In this document: one piece after another, positions 36,797 to 49,994 of the stretch
Layout of the letters: each line of letters starts with the position of its first letter
How positions within the stretch are numbered: position 1 is the first letter of the stretch
NCBI RefSeq assembly: GCF_004010195.1
Contig: NC_057719.1
Span: forward strand, 62,746,085-62,810,084
Length of the DNA: 64,000 bases
DNA from: Chiloscyllium plagiosum
Lineage: Eukaryota
Reading direction: 5' to 3'
Made by a program: the position numbers and the translations under genes
The notes under the pieces: model-generated
The model's database searches: none
Seen by the model: the letters and a program-made list of their open reading frames with translations, nothing else
What the model was told of the DNA's origin: nothing

Positions 36797-37640
36797 ATCA
36801 GATGGGCCAATGGGCTGAGAAGTGGCAGATGGTGTTTAATTTAAATAAATGTGAGGTGCTGCATTTTGGAAAAGCAAATCTTAGCAGGACTTATATACTT
36901 AATGGTAAGGTACTAGGGAGTGTTGCTGAACAAAGAGACCTTGGAGTGCAGGTTCATAACTCCTTGAAAGTGGAGTCGCAGATAGATAGGATAGTGAAGA
37001 AGGCATTTGGTATGCTTTCCTTTATTGGTCAGAGTATTGAGTACAGGAGTTGGGAGATCATTTTGAGGCCATACAGGATGTTGGTTAGGCCACCTTTGGA
37101 ATATTGTGTGCAATTCTTGTCTCCTTCCTATCGGAAAGATGTTGTGAAATTTGAAAGGGTTCAGAAAAGATTTGCAAGGATGTTGCCAGGGTTGGAGGAT
37201 TTGAGCTATATGGAGAGGCTGAACAGGCTGGAGCTGTTTTCCCTGGAGCATCAGAGGCTGAGGGGTGACCTTGTAGAGGTTTATAAAATTATGACAGGCA
37301 TGGATAAGATAAATAGACAAAGTCTTTTCCCTGGCGTCGGGGCGTCCAGAATTAGAGGGTATAGGTTTAGGGTGAAAGGGGAAAGATATGAAAGAGACCC
37401 AAGGGGAAACTTCTTCACACAGAGGATGATGCATGTATGGAATGAGCTGCCAGAGGAAGTGGTGGAGGCTGGTACAATTGCAGCATTTATAAGGCATTTA
37501 GATGGGTATATGAATAGGAAGGATTTGGAGGGATATGGGCCGGGTGCTGGCAGGTGGGACTAGATTGGGTTGGGATATCTGGTCGGCATGGACGAGTTGG
37601 ACTGAAGGGTCTGTTTCCATGCTGTACATCTCTATGACTC
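36797..37640 (+). mobile_element. CR1 (HER1-like) LINE 3' portion with an uninterrupted ORF2 C-terminus (~255 codons)
   Basis: QMGQWAEKWQMVFNLNKCEVLHFG..LVRPPLEYCVQF..RLRGDLVEVYKI..WNELP, stop at 37563, then 3' UTR ending ctctatgactct. Confidence 0.95.
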
Positions 37641-40600
37641 TCTATTACTCCATTTGTTTTTGTACTACAGTCTGTGGGAATCCCTCTGCACTTAATATTA
37701 ATCAGTTTGGTGGTCATGAGATGTTCAGGTCCATGGTGAAACCTTCTTTGCAAGGAAGGCTACAGACTTTGCATCAGTGGGTAACCGACCAGTCTCCAGA
37801 GGCACCAAGATGGACATTATCTCACCTGAGTTATTAGATTGTGATTCAAGAGCTACCAGCAGAGAGCCGAAACTGTGACCATTTAAAACAAAAAATACTG
37901 CGGAGGTTGGAAATCTGCAATAAACAGAGAATGTGCTGGAAATACTCAGGAGTATGAGGTGGCGAAAGGAACTCATGTTTTAAGTTGAAAATGATTTCTG
38001 CAGAACACGCCATCAAAGCAGGAAAGAATGCCATTCATTCAGCTGGACTTTGAGGATGGGAATCCCTACTGAAACATTGTGGGGAATTTTAGTCCTGAAG
38101 AATAAATGTTTGGATATGGGTAGAAAGTGAAAATGGTTCAATTCTCCAACTCTGACCTCCACCATTTTCCGAAGCCGAACGTTTTCTTAACAGAAATGAG
38201 TGACTAACCTGCTTTCAGCCGGTTGGCCAATCAGTAAAAGATTTAAATCAGACCACACTCCTCCATTATTGTGTTCACAGATGATGGTACAATTGAACAA
38301 GTTTGATCCCAGAATGAAACATAGCTTGATAGATCATATGTCTTTTTTTGTGTTTAGTTAGTTAAATGTTGTGGTTAGTCACTCAGAAATAGGCCCATGA
38401 CGCTGCAAGTTTTGTTTAACTACAGCAGTCTGAAAAAGAAACCAAGCTATTGAGATATCTCAACTCACAGTAAAACAATTACAGGTTCAACCTGTTCCCT
38501 AACACACTCTGCGACAACGTCTCAAGTCCTGAGACCTCACTCCCCTATCTCAACTCTTTAGAGTTTTACTCAACTGACTCGCTCCAGGTTCATTCCCAGG
38601 GATTCTGGAGATAGTTCAATGAATCCTTCACAAATTGACTGAATGAACTTTTCAAAACGTGAGAGCCTAAAGTTTCTCTGCTCTAATAACCTGTAGGCTT
38701 ATAACCAAACTCTCCTGCTGTGGAAATTTCACAAACTGCACCTCTTGGTTGAGATGATGTTTCCTGAACGACTTCAAGGAGAGAAACTGAAGTAGCTTCT
38801 CAAGTCAAATCTGATGCTTTCTGAACTGAAATACTTGGTTCGACACTGATTGTGACTTTTGCTTTTAAAAGTTGCATATTCTAGATTTTTCTGAACTGTA
38901 AATGAAGCCAATGATCTTGTAACTTTAACCTGTCATAAATACCACATTATATAAATATGCCTCATTTAACACCAGATGGGTTTTGCCCTTCCCTGTTCTT
39001 TGACGTATACTGGATCACTGTTCTGTAAAGACACTCTGACCTATTTTGTTCTAGAAAACCATTCACAAGCATAATCAATACCCACATGCCTCTATTTTGA
39101 AATCCAAACTCCCAAAACTATTAATATAATGTAACACTTATCGCACCATCTTGATGGAACTTTTTATAAGATATGCAGTTAGGCCAATCAGGCAGGAAAA
39201 GGTGAATTCACACAAAATGCATTCAGAGTGCTCCTTGTGGCCAGGCAGTGCAACAGTTTCTTATGGGCCAAACGAACTAACCTCGTTGCAGCTAAACAAT
39301 ATCTTGCAGTTAAGCAAAATGTCTGGAAACCCCACAAATCTGGATTTCCTTCCACAAATCCTTTTGTCTATTCTGTTTCAGCTCTGTTAAAATTGAGGTC
39401 AATGTTTAATTCGCAGGTAGTAAACTCCACGTGTATCTTGAAGGTTGATTTAATATGTATTTACAAATGCTGCTGTTGAAACTGGGTGCATAATTCATTT
39501 CCCCAGATTTCTCAAACTCAGAAAATGAAACATTTTACTGAAATTTTCAAAATTATACATGGAAATGTGCATATTTCACGTTCTTGCCCCACATGTGTTT
39601 TGAATAGATGTTCTAGATATGAGATGATTATTTGGCAACATGCCCCAACAAGGTTGTGTCATTTCTGTGGAGGGAACAATATTTTTAATCCTTCATTTTA
39701 TAGCGTCTGTTCTCTATCAGCTGGCCTTAACTAAGTGAAAGCAGGGATTAGGGAGAGGAAGGATAGCTGTCATAAAAGCCATGAGACTTAAGTGTCACTA
39801 CTGACTGGTCAATGCAGAAGCACAAAATTGAACTGACCTTCTTGACTGTTAGTTTGAATCAAAGTACAGTAAGTGAAATGAAGGAATCAGAGTGTATCGA
39901 TCTGACTCTTCTGTCTCATTGTGTTGAAAATAAGCCCTGCCTAACTGTTCAAAAGCTAGTGCAATCTTATTAATACACTTGATTACATTTTCACCCAAAG
40001 TCATAAATTGACTTTTGCTCAAGCATGGCAACTTCCCAGTTGCTAAAGTAAAGTCCTGCTGCGTTGAACAGCTTCTGATAGTAAATTAAAAATTGCAATG
40101 GATTCCAATAACTACTGCATTCTCCGTGACTGAAACCCATGGTCTTTTTACTGTTGGCCACGTTTTACCGCACAACTTCAACTGGTTTCGAACCATTGAT
40201 GTGGATTCGATGAGCATTCTCACACGTCGTGCCCAACAACAGCAGATCATATATAAGTGGACCTCAGGAGATGAAATGGAGGTAATCTTGATTTGAAATT
40301 CTCCCAAACTTGCAATAATACACAATGAAGTTCCAGTTCAGCATGCACAACATATAAAGTTTGATAAGACTTCCATTACATTGTGTTGGTTGAGAGGATA
40401 TGCATTTCATCAGTGTAATATTCTCAGCACCAGGATTAGTCACAAGTGCCAGGATATATTTGATGGGAGGAAAAGGAATATTTTACCCTGCTGTCCACGC
40501 AAAGGCTGCGCTTTTGAATATGACATGTAGTTTTGGATATCCTCTTTTCACTATGTTAGTTATGCACTAATAGTCCACAGACTCAGTAGTTCAAAAGATC

Positions 40601-40974
40601 ATGATATTCTTTTTCCTCTGTATTTGTCAAGATATGAGATGTTGTTTCAGTTCCTAAGTAAACTAATGGAAATGTTCTCTACATACTTCTCAATCAAGAA
40701 AGGTATCAGTCCCCAAGTTGCAAGGGGTTATGTCAGCACCCAAATAAACAACCTAGTAAGCAGATTAACTCAAAATAAAAACCTTCCAACTGATTTCTTA
40801 TTACCCATGCAAACAGACTGCTTTCATAAGACAGGAGAAGGATTGACCCACATGTTTAATAAGATCATGACAGATCTGATTGTATCTTCATTTTCCTGTC
40901 TGATCACCTCTCTTCCATGCCCGCCCCCCCCCCCAAAAAAAAGAAAAACAATTCCTCCCCAATAACAGTTCTTT

Positions 40975-41270
40975 TATTTATTCGTAGGATGAGGGCATCG
41001 CTGGTTAGGCCAGCATTTATTGCCCAGAAGGCAGCAGTAAGAGTCGGCCACGTTGCTGTGGGTCTGAAGTCACATGTAGGCCAGACTAAGTAAGGATGGC
41101 AGTTTCCTTCCCTGAATGACTTTCGTGAACAATATGGGTTTTTCCAACAATCAACAATGGATCATGGTCATCATTGGACTCTTAGTTCCAGATTTTTATT
41201 GAATTCAGATTGCAGTATCTGCCATGTTGGGATTTGAACCTATGTCCTCAAAACATGACTTGGTCTCTGG
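40975..41270 (-). mobile_element. tRNA-derived SINE with a LINE-like tail
   Basis: Minus-strand B-box-like ggttcaaatccc near 41230-41241. The tail is the reverse complement of the LINE 3' end at ~36740-36785. Confidence 0.65.
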
Positions 41271-41381
41271 CCATTGCCTTCCCCATTGACTCCCTTGAAG
41301 ATCAAAAGTCTGTTCTCATCAGCTTTGAAACTATTCAATGGCAGACTCACAACTGCTTTCTGAAATAGAGAATACCAAAAA

Positions 41382-41760
41382 TTGATTGATTTTATTGTTG
41401 TCATGTGTACCGAGATTCAGTGAAAAGTGTTGCTTTGCGTGCTGCACAGGCAAATTGTACAGTACAAATTGTATCATGGTAGCAGAACAGTGTGCCGAAT
41501 ACAGTGTTACAGTCTCTGAGAAGGTGCAGAGAAAGAGGTCAACACTAATATATGAGAGGTCAGTTTAAAAGCTTGTAGCATTGGAAAAGAAGCTGTTCTT
41601 GAATCTATTCATACACTTGTTCAAACCTTCATAGCTTCTACCTGACAGAATAAGGTGGAAAGAGTATAACTGGAATAGGAGGGGTCTTTGGTTATGTTGG
41701 TTGAGAGAGCAGAAGGTATAAATGGGGTAATTGGATGGAAGGCTGGTTTGTGTGATGGAT
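41382..41760 (-). mobile_element. Probable LINE 3' end (Rex1/Babar-like) inserted into a CR1 fragment
   Basis: The minus strand ends in AATAAA followed by (AATC)n. CR1-like sequence lies on both sides (41280-41375, 41790-41875). Family assignment is from memory only. Confidence 0.45.
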
Positions 41761-42464
41761 TAATAATTTTAATAACAAAATTAATAATGCTGTCAGAAAA
41801 GAAATTTTCCCTCATCTCCATCTTAGGTGCGAGGCCCCTTATTCTGAAAGTATGCCATGAGATCTAGATTGCTTCACTGAATTTCAACACAATTGTCCAA
41901 ATTATTGAAGATTTGATCCAGGTTGGACTATATTTCCTGGAAGTCTTGAATCTTTAATGTACAGAAATAACCTGGGAAGTTTAAACATCCAACAGGCTTA
42001 TTTCCTGTACCCAGAACCCTCTGCAAAACTCCGAGATGCTGAGCCCAGTCTGAGACTGGGGTCAGATGTATGACTCGTGGACACCTAATGACCCTGGAAA
42101 TGTTACACTGCTTAATGCATTCTCATACCATCCATTCAGCAGCCCACATAAGGATGAGCAATAAGATTCCAGCACGAGCCCAGCCAGACATGTTTTTGTT
42201 AGGGTTGGATAAGGGTGAGCAAACCTCTCCCTTCCAACCTGAGCTACTCCTTATTTATGATCATTGGGCAGATGCCAGCTTTGTTGAACCTGTGCCAACT
42301 AGTGTCTATTGTTTCTCTCAGAGAGAGCAAAACAACATGACCGTCCCCAGTGGTCACCCATAAATTTCAGCCCTGGGACCTTCACAAATTTAATGGAGAA
42401 CAGAAGCTAGCGTTGCAGAAAGGAAGCGTTTCTTGTTGCTCGACGTTCTTCCCCAGCAAATTTT

Positions 42465-42761
42465 GAGAAGATTTGTAGCTCAGGTTGAGGTTCTGGATGT
42501 TAGTTTGCTCACTGAGCAAGAAGGTTCATTTTCAGACGTTTCACCACCATACTAGGTAACATCATCAGTGAGCCTCTGGTGAAGAGCAAGTGTTATGTCC
42601 TGCTTTCGATTTATGTGTATAGGTTTCCTTGGGTTGGTGATGTCATTTCCTGTTCTTTTTCTCAGCGGGTGGTAGATGGGATCAAAATTGATGTGTTTGT
42701 TGATAGAGTTCTGGTTGGAGAAAAACAAACCTTCCAGCTCAGCTAGCAAACCTACATCCAG
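42465..42761 (-). mobile_element. Third PLE family: pLTR with hammerhead, ORF C-terminus and inverted short arm
   Basis: 42493-42526 is an imperfect reverse complement of 42728-42761. Flanking repeat GTTCTTCCCC at 42445 and 42761. Minus-strand peptide NQNSINKHINFDPIYHPL. Confidence 0.7.
42535..42568 (-). ncRNA. Hammerhead motif with longer stem II
   Basis: Minus strand reads tca-CTGATGA-T-GTTACC-TAGTAT-GGTGGT-GAAA-CG-TC-tga. Stem I is tca/tga and stem II contains G-U pairs. Confidence 0.6.
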
Positions 42762-43524
42762 TTCTTCCCCGGATTTCTTCATGAGCCACCTGTAGCGTAG
42801 CTGGAATCAGATGTCCCAGCTGAAAAATCGCAAAAGCGTATGGGCACAGAAAACCTCTTGGACAAGGTCAGCACTGACTCAGGTAGCTGGACTGGTGAAA
42901 ACAGGTTTGACTGATCTACGTACTCGAAGGTTTCATGAACCTATGCCACAGACAACACCCAACATTGGGATATTGAAACTTGTTACTTCAGCTGTGGGTA
43001 TGTCTGATCATCCCACCATTTTCATGAAACTAAAAGCTGCAAGTATGCAAGGCCTCCATTTGAAACAGTGCTACATTTGGACATAAGTGGGAAGGGAAGT
43101 GACCAGAACATTTATTTTTCTGCACACTGATTATGTGTAAATTAGTATCCCCCTCCATAGTTTTCATCCTTGACAATTTATTTCATGTACTTTCTAGCAT
43201 TATGGAACCTACTTGTAAGAATTATTTCTGATATATAAAAAAAAGTGACCGATTGAAAGGTGTGTTGTTGTATCAGCCTTATTACACAACACAGAGTGAA
43301 GTGAAACGGAATACTTAACATGCTACATTGTTTTAGTGGACGGTGAAGTGTTCTCATGAACGTTTAAAGAGTTACAGGGTCATCCTGAGATTTTATGCCT
43401 CAAATTTCTGTGAAATCAACAATTAGAATAGGAATTATTGTTTTGAGCAAATATTTTAACCCTCCATTTGAATTGTAAGTTAATAACTGTTCTCGTGAGT
43501 CACAATCTGTTGTATTTTTCTACT

Positions 43525-44150
43525 GAAGTGCTCCAAGGGAGACAGGCAGGAAGCTGGAAGAACACAGCAACCCAGGCAGCACCAGGAGGTGGAGAAGTTG
43601 ACATTTTGGGTGTAACTCTTCTTCAGGACTCGGGGTGGATGTGGGGGGGAGCTGCAGGTAAAGGGGGGTGGCAGGGACAGGGTGGTGAAGTGCGAATAGG
43701 TGAAGACCAGGTAGAGGGTGTGACCTAGTTGGTCAATGGGAGGAATGAATCCCGTAGATGGCGGAAGGGAGGGAGAGGGGCCGGGAAGAGAGTCGGGGGA
43801 TGGGAAGGGAGGTTATTTGAAATTGGAGAACTCAATGTTGAGTCCTCCGGGCTGTAAGCTACCCAGGCAGAAGTTGAGGTGTTGGTCCTCCAGTTCGCAG
43901 TTTGGTTCATTGTGGTAATGGAGGAGACCAAGGATGGTCATGTCGGAAAGGGAGTGGGAGGGGGAATTAAAATGGGCAGTGACTGGGAGGTCCGGTCGGC
44001 TCCTGCGGGCCCGGCTGAGATGCTCGGTGAACCGTTGCTAAGTTTACGTTTGGTCTCCCCGTGCACCTGATGCAGTAAACTAGATTGGAAGAGAGGCAGA
44101 TGAACCTCTGTCTCACATAGAAGAAGTGTTTGGGGCCTTGGGTGGAGGTG
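43525..44150 (-). mobile_element. Truncated PLE (GIY-YIG remnant plus pLTR with degenerate hammerhead)
   Basis: Minus-strand RQRFICLSSNLVYCIRC / GETKRKL; ctgaagaagagttacacccaaaatgtc at ~43599-43626. Confidence 0.82.
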
Positions 44151-44441
44151 AGGGGTTTGGTGTACAATGCCCACTGAGAAGTGCCCCAAGGGAGCAGTGA
44201 GAGCTCAAGTGATCTTTGACCTGAATGCAGTTCCATAAGTAAAATTTTTAGTTCTTCAAAATAGATGTGCAAACTGTCTTCATTCTAATAAATATTTGAA
44301 AGGAGCTTTGAAGAGTTTTGAAGAGTTCTCTTGCAATTTTCTTCAGTAATAAGAAATACTCATCCACTTGACCTGGAAACAGTACCAATAGGAAGGAAGT
44401 TAAGACCAGAAGTCACATAGCTGACAGATACAAAGGAGAAC

Positions 44442-45050
44442 TAGAGTGGTGCTGGAAAAGCACAGCAGGTCACGCAGCATCCAAGGAGCAGAAAAATCGA
44501 CGTTTCGGGCAAAAGCCCTTCATCGGGAATAGAGGCAGGAAACCTGCAGGGTGGAGCGATAAATGAGAGGGGTGTGGGGAGAAAGTAGCATAGAGTACAA
44601 TAGGTGAATGGGTGAGGGGATGGAGGTGATAGGTCAGACAGGAGGGTGGGGGAAGGTAGCAAAGAGTACAATGGGTGAATGGGGGTGGGGATGAAGGTGA
44701 TAGGTCAGAGAGGAGGGTAGAGTGGATAGGTGGAAAGGAAGATAGGCAGGTAGGACAGGTCATGAGGGCGGTGCTGAGCTGGAAGGTTGGAACTGGGGTA
44801 AGTTGGGGTGAGGGGAAATGAGGGAACTGGTGAAGTCCACATTGATGCCCTGGGGTTGAAGTGTTCCGAGACGGAAGATGAGGCGTTCTTCCTCCAGGCG
44901 TCGGGTGGAGGAGGCCCAGGACCTGCATGTCCTCGGCAGAGTGGGAAGGGAAGTTGAAATGTTGGGCCACAGGGCGGTGGGGTTGATTGGTGCGGGTGTC
45001 CCGAAGATGTTCCCTAAAGCGCTCTGCGAGGAGGCGTCCAGTCTTCCCAA
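44442..45050 (-). mobile_element. Truncated PLE (same family as 14151-15241)
   Basis: GKTGRLLAERFREHLRDTRTNQPHRPVAQHFN..LGTLQPQGINVDF. Hammerhead core mutated to CCGATGA. Flanks aaggagaacta / aaggagagcta. Confidence 0.9.
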
Positions 45051-45774
45051 CAAGGAGAGCTACAATCAGAGGAGCTGGAGGGTGAAGGTACAGATGTAAG
45101 CACCAATTGAAAGCTGACAGAAAGAGGAATTCTTGCGAGAGGAAAAAATTCATTCTGTAGAAGACTTATTCTGTTTGGCAGAAAAGGAGACAGGAGCTCC
45201 TTGCAGTACTCTGTAAACTGGCTAAAAAGGTTGAAACCTGGAAAGTTGAGTGATTGAGCTCAGCGATACTAAAGAGCTGGTGATTTCTGAGTGAATGACC
45301 AAAGGGTGAACTGGTGTGTTACTGGTTGGTTTGTTGAAAAATAAATTTGGAATGCTACACTATCATGACCCAAGGAGGAGAGAATAGAAAGAAATATGCC
45401 TCGCGTTATAATTATAGCCATGAAACCCGAAAGTGGAAGCTCTTGATGGATGGGGATCCTGACTCCTCATATATGAATGAAGAACTGTGTTGCTGTGTAG
45501 TGCCTCGTTGTGCAGGGCACGTTGAGAATGCTTGGAGCAACATGAGATACACTGATGACTCCAAGTGTGATTTACCTTTTTATATGAACTGTTGTTCAGC
45601 CAATACTTCGTGGATAATTTGCATTGGTTCTGATTCATGTGAAAGTAGAAGTTAGAAGACATCATTGTTGGCGATCTCTTAATTTGGGGGATATTCAGTA
45701 AAATTGATTATTTTGCTTTATTCCCTGATTGCGATTATAACAGATCAAAATTTGCTTTTGGGCGATAGATGCCA

Positions 45775-46900
45775 TTAGACATAAGAATAGAAGTAAACCA
45801 TTCAGCTCATCAGTCTGCTCTGCCATTCGATGAGATTATGGCCAATTCGAGAAACCTCAACTCAACTCTCCTGCCTTTTCCTCTTGACCTTGATTTCCTT
45901 CCAGTTTAAAAGTTGGTCAATCTCAGCCTTAAATATACTTAATGATCAAGCCTTGACAATCCTCTGCAAAAAATAACTGCACAGATTACTAATCATGAAG
46001 AGAACAAAGATACTTCCTGATCTGTATCTTAACTTGATGACCCTTTACTTTAAGATCACCCTTTGATTCTAGATTCTCCCACAAGGGGAAACATCCTGTC
46101 AAGTCTCCTCAGGAACTTACATGTTTCAATAAAGTCTCTTCCTATTCCTCTCAACTACAATGAATACAAACCCAACCTGCTCACCCTCACTTCATAAGAG
46201 AATCCCTCCATAATGGGAGTCAACCTCGAGAACATTCTCTGGACCTCCTCCAATGTCAATAAGTCATTCCTTGGATAAGGGGACCAAAGCTGCTCACGAT
46301 ACTTTAGATGTAGTTTAACTTGTATAGTTTTCGCAAGATATTCCTATTTTTATCACCCATTCGCTTGAAATTCCATTTACTTTTCCTATTATCCACTAAA
46401 TTTGGATGCAACCTTTTGGGGATTCATGCACACAGACACCAAATCCCCTCTGCATTGTAGTTTTTGGAGTCTTTCTCCATTTCAGGTATAGTATATTAGC
46501 TTAGATCTAGAGGATTGGTTAACCAAGACAGAGTTTTTTCTATTTGTTAAAGAACATAATTTTGTATATTCCCACATTATATTCAATTTATCAAGCTTTT
46601 GCCCACTCACTTAATTGGTCTTTTCCTTCTTTAGACTCTGTGTCATCCTCTCTAACTGCCTTCCCATTTGCAAACTCAGTGATGGTACCACTTCCATCAT
46701 CCAAGTCATTAATATATAGGTTGTGAATAATTGTGACTCTAGCACTAATTACTATGACATTCCACAAGTTATAGATTTCTATCCTGAGGATAGAAACCCT
46801 TTATCCAGCACTCTGTCTTGGTTAGCCAATCCTCTATATCTAAGCTAATATACTACAAAAAATTCTTTGGGCTGTTATGTTATGAAGTGGTCTTATGTGC
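45775..46900 (-). mobile_element. Old CR1-clade LINE fragment
   Basis: Collinear similarity with 4355-5420 (ccaacctg..cataaga..ccctccata..gaac.ttctct). Confidence 0.7.
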
Positions 46901-49589
46901 AGTACCATCACTTGGAATTTCTGTCTGGGAGATGTCCATAATTGTAAGGAATTCCAGTAAATGTTTAGAATAACATGGAAGGATTACAGAAAACTGAAAG
47001 GGCCAAGTGTTTATGGGTTTTTCAGACTGTCAGAAATGTGATGCACAAAACTGAATTGACCTTTGATTGAAGAAAGGAAGATTAAGAGATAGTTGTAATC
47101 AAAGTCTTGAGTGGACAGAAAATTGTTGAGAGAGGTCATTACGGTTTCTATTTATTCAAATTAAGGGGAATAAACTGCAGGTAATGTTAGCAAATGTTGG
47201 AACTGCTCAAATCAACATCTGCGAGGAGAACAGATCAGTTTATGCTTTCAGGTTTGAGTGCTTCATCAGAACTGAAATAAGTTACAGATGAACAGTATTT
47301 AAAAAAAATAGGAATTACAGCAGTCTGTTCTCTTGGCTCCCATCCCAACATCATTATCAAGATTGCTGACAAAAGGAGCACTGCTGTTGTATGACACAAG
47401 AATCATTACTTGCTGAGGCTAAATGGCCATACTCTGAACGATCTTCCTAACTCAATTGGACCATGACTGATTACTGAAATATTGTCTCTGATCATCACTT
47501 GCCTCATCTCCCCTGAAGGACATACACTGACACCAACTTTAAACCCGCTTTCTCCCTCTTGTCTGTCCTTGCTGCTCTCTCTTTTTTCTTCCTCCTACTC
47601 AATACTGTGTTAATCCTGTCTCCTGTCATTCTTTGGATCTGGAGAATTTCATAAGTGGTAGTTAAAATATCTGTTCACTTTGTCTGCCTCTTCTCTAACT
47701 GAACTAGCCTGTCTCTGAGCTAAACTTTCTGCGAATTACTTAAATAACTACCTAACTATGTTTCATCCACCCTGTGATCTCAATCCTGCTTGCATCTCTT
47801 CCCAGTTTTTTGCCACTGAAGTATTCTCTTCTCCTCACTTAAAGGAACCACTGAAAGCCATTTCAAAAACACCAGAGTTACATTTTTAAATTATTGCTGA
47901 GAGGCCTAATGGTGAATTCGTTTTCATGTTAGCATCTCAGAATTAGGACCTGCCCTGTTCCATCTTTTTTTTTTTGCAAAAGAACTGCTGTTGGATTTCA
48001 TCCCCTTCCAATGGGTGTTTGACCACCTCCTTCATTTCTTTTTTGGCTGCATAGCTTGGCAAGGATCTGGAGGCCCATCATGTGTATCTTTCTCTCAACC
48101 TCAGAGTCCAGATCCAGAGGAAAGGCAGGGTTGCTACATCACCATTCTTTGAAAGGACTGCACACCAGTCCAGTAGCTTTCTATTACAAGCCTGTGAGTA
48201 CAAACTTGGAAACGGAAATAAAACTTCAAAGCATGTGTGCAGTCTTAAATGATCAAATCCTCCACAGACCCCACATTTCCATTCTGCTACAATGCCAGAA
48301 ATGTTCTCTGTGGATTTGGGTTGAACAGTGCAGCTGTTATCCCTGAGCTCGGTTACTTGGGAGTTTATGGGGAAACCTGGAAATATGACATGTAATTTTG
48401 TTCTAACCACTCAGCTAATTAAGTAAGTTGGGTAACATCCATACCAAGTCAATGGTCTGTGGAAGCAGTGGCCTCATTAAATCAAATGACATTACTTCAA
48501 TTGCATATTGCTTCTTATGATAGCATTTCATATTTTGAAATGGCCTGCAACAAATGACTATCTCAAACCTGTACCATCTAAACTGAAGGTTTTACATTGA
48601 GATTGGGAAGACCTGACTGAATTGAATTTGTTTATCCATTTCAGTTAAATATAAATCATGTCCTTAACTGTGTTCAAACATGTCCAAGATAGAAATGAAC
48701 TTTCTTCTTTATCCCATTTTCTTTCCGGATCTTTTTGCTACCATTTCCCCCAAAATTAATTTGTCTATCATTTGCTCATAACTTTGATATTGTATATTTG
48801 CACAGGGGTTGCTGGTTAGTTGGACAGTTCAGTTTGCTAGCCATGTAGTATGTGGTTCAGAATAACACCAATGCCGTGGGTACGCTCTCCACTGCAGTTG
48901 GGATAGACCTGAGGCCTGTTTCCTTCCCAATGCCACAGGAAGTGGAGAGTAAGCTATCCATCCCTGAACGAAAAGGCAACTCAGGGTGAAGCTAACAGCA
49001 AGTCAAGGGCCTGCAGAGTACACACGAATGGAAATAACCATAATTTATCCTTGTTTTGCTGAAATCACAGACCTGTATCTGTTGCTGATACAAATGTCTT
49101 AAAAGAGAACATGATAACAGAGTGCATTGAAGCTTCAGTGCACCATGAAAGAGTTTATACCTGGAATTATCCTGTTCAATAAAGAAATTGGATGTCTTTA
49201 AAATTCCGTGTCACAAATGAACAGGGTACAAAGCATGTTGATAGAAGCACAGAATTGTTTGTCCATTCTCTCAAAGTGTGCATCAAAGTGCAAACGTTTT
49301 GCACAATACAGGGCTGTTATCTTGACTCTGAGCAAGGTCTGACAAAAACCAATGTGAATCAAGGCTTTCCTGATAATATTCACATCACATAAATGATAGA
49401 CAATGACTTTTTTTTAAACGCGAGAGCGAGAGAGAGGCCACCTCCCCTTAACGTTCTGTGGCATTACTATCACTGAGTTCCAATTTCCTGGGGATTGCAA
49501 TAAACCAGAAGCTCGTCTTGATCAGTCAGAGTTTCTGTCTTCTCTGGTGACTGGGTCACCTACAGTCCCCAAACCCCCTCTTCCACCTG

Positions 49590-49960
49590 CATAGCACATG
49601 TCAGAAATGTGCTGGAGTACTCCTCACTTCTCTGGAGGGCAGCAGTGAATGATCTTCTGTGACCCATGAAGACTTCTTCAACAAGACATCTAAAGCCCAC
49701 AACCTCTACCGCCTACTGAGAAGGGTGGCAGATGTGTGGGAGCACCATCAACTCCACGTTGCCCTCTAAACTGTGCTGATTTTGAAATATGTTGCTAATC
49801 CACCATTGTCGGCTGGTGCTGGAAGCTGCTGTTGACAATATTTTCTGAGTAACTTTCTCACGTGGAGTGCAGTGGGTCAAGAAGGCAACTCCCAGCACCT
49901 CCACAGCAGCCTGAAATTTGGTAGCAAACAAGAGAACTGCCACCAACACCTACTGGCCAA
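49590..49960 (+). mobile_element. Degenerate LINE 3' fragment (family of 9400-11215)
   Basis: tgctggagtactcctcactt..gggagcaccatcaactcc..caagaaggcaactcccagcacc resembles 10720-11200 and 36540-36785. Confidence 0.55.
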
Positions 49961-49994
49961 GGATAAATTTAAAAAGACTCACACAGAACCACTG

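Noticed and set aside
36745..37563. 272-aa ORF as a host gene
   Set aside because: It is the C-terminus of CR1 ORF2, 5'-truncated and fused to an ATG from a neighbouring repeat.
38330..38960. Region with LTR-like texture
   Set aside because: I could not find matching TG..CA termini with a TSD.
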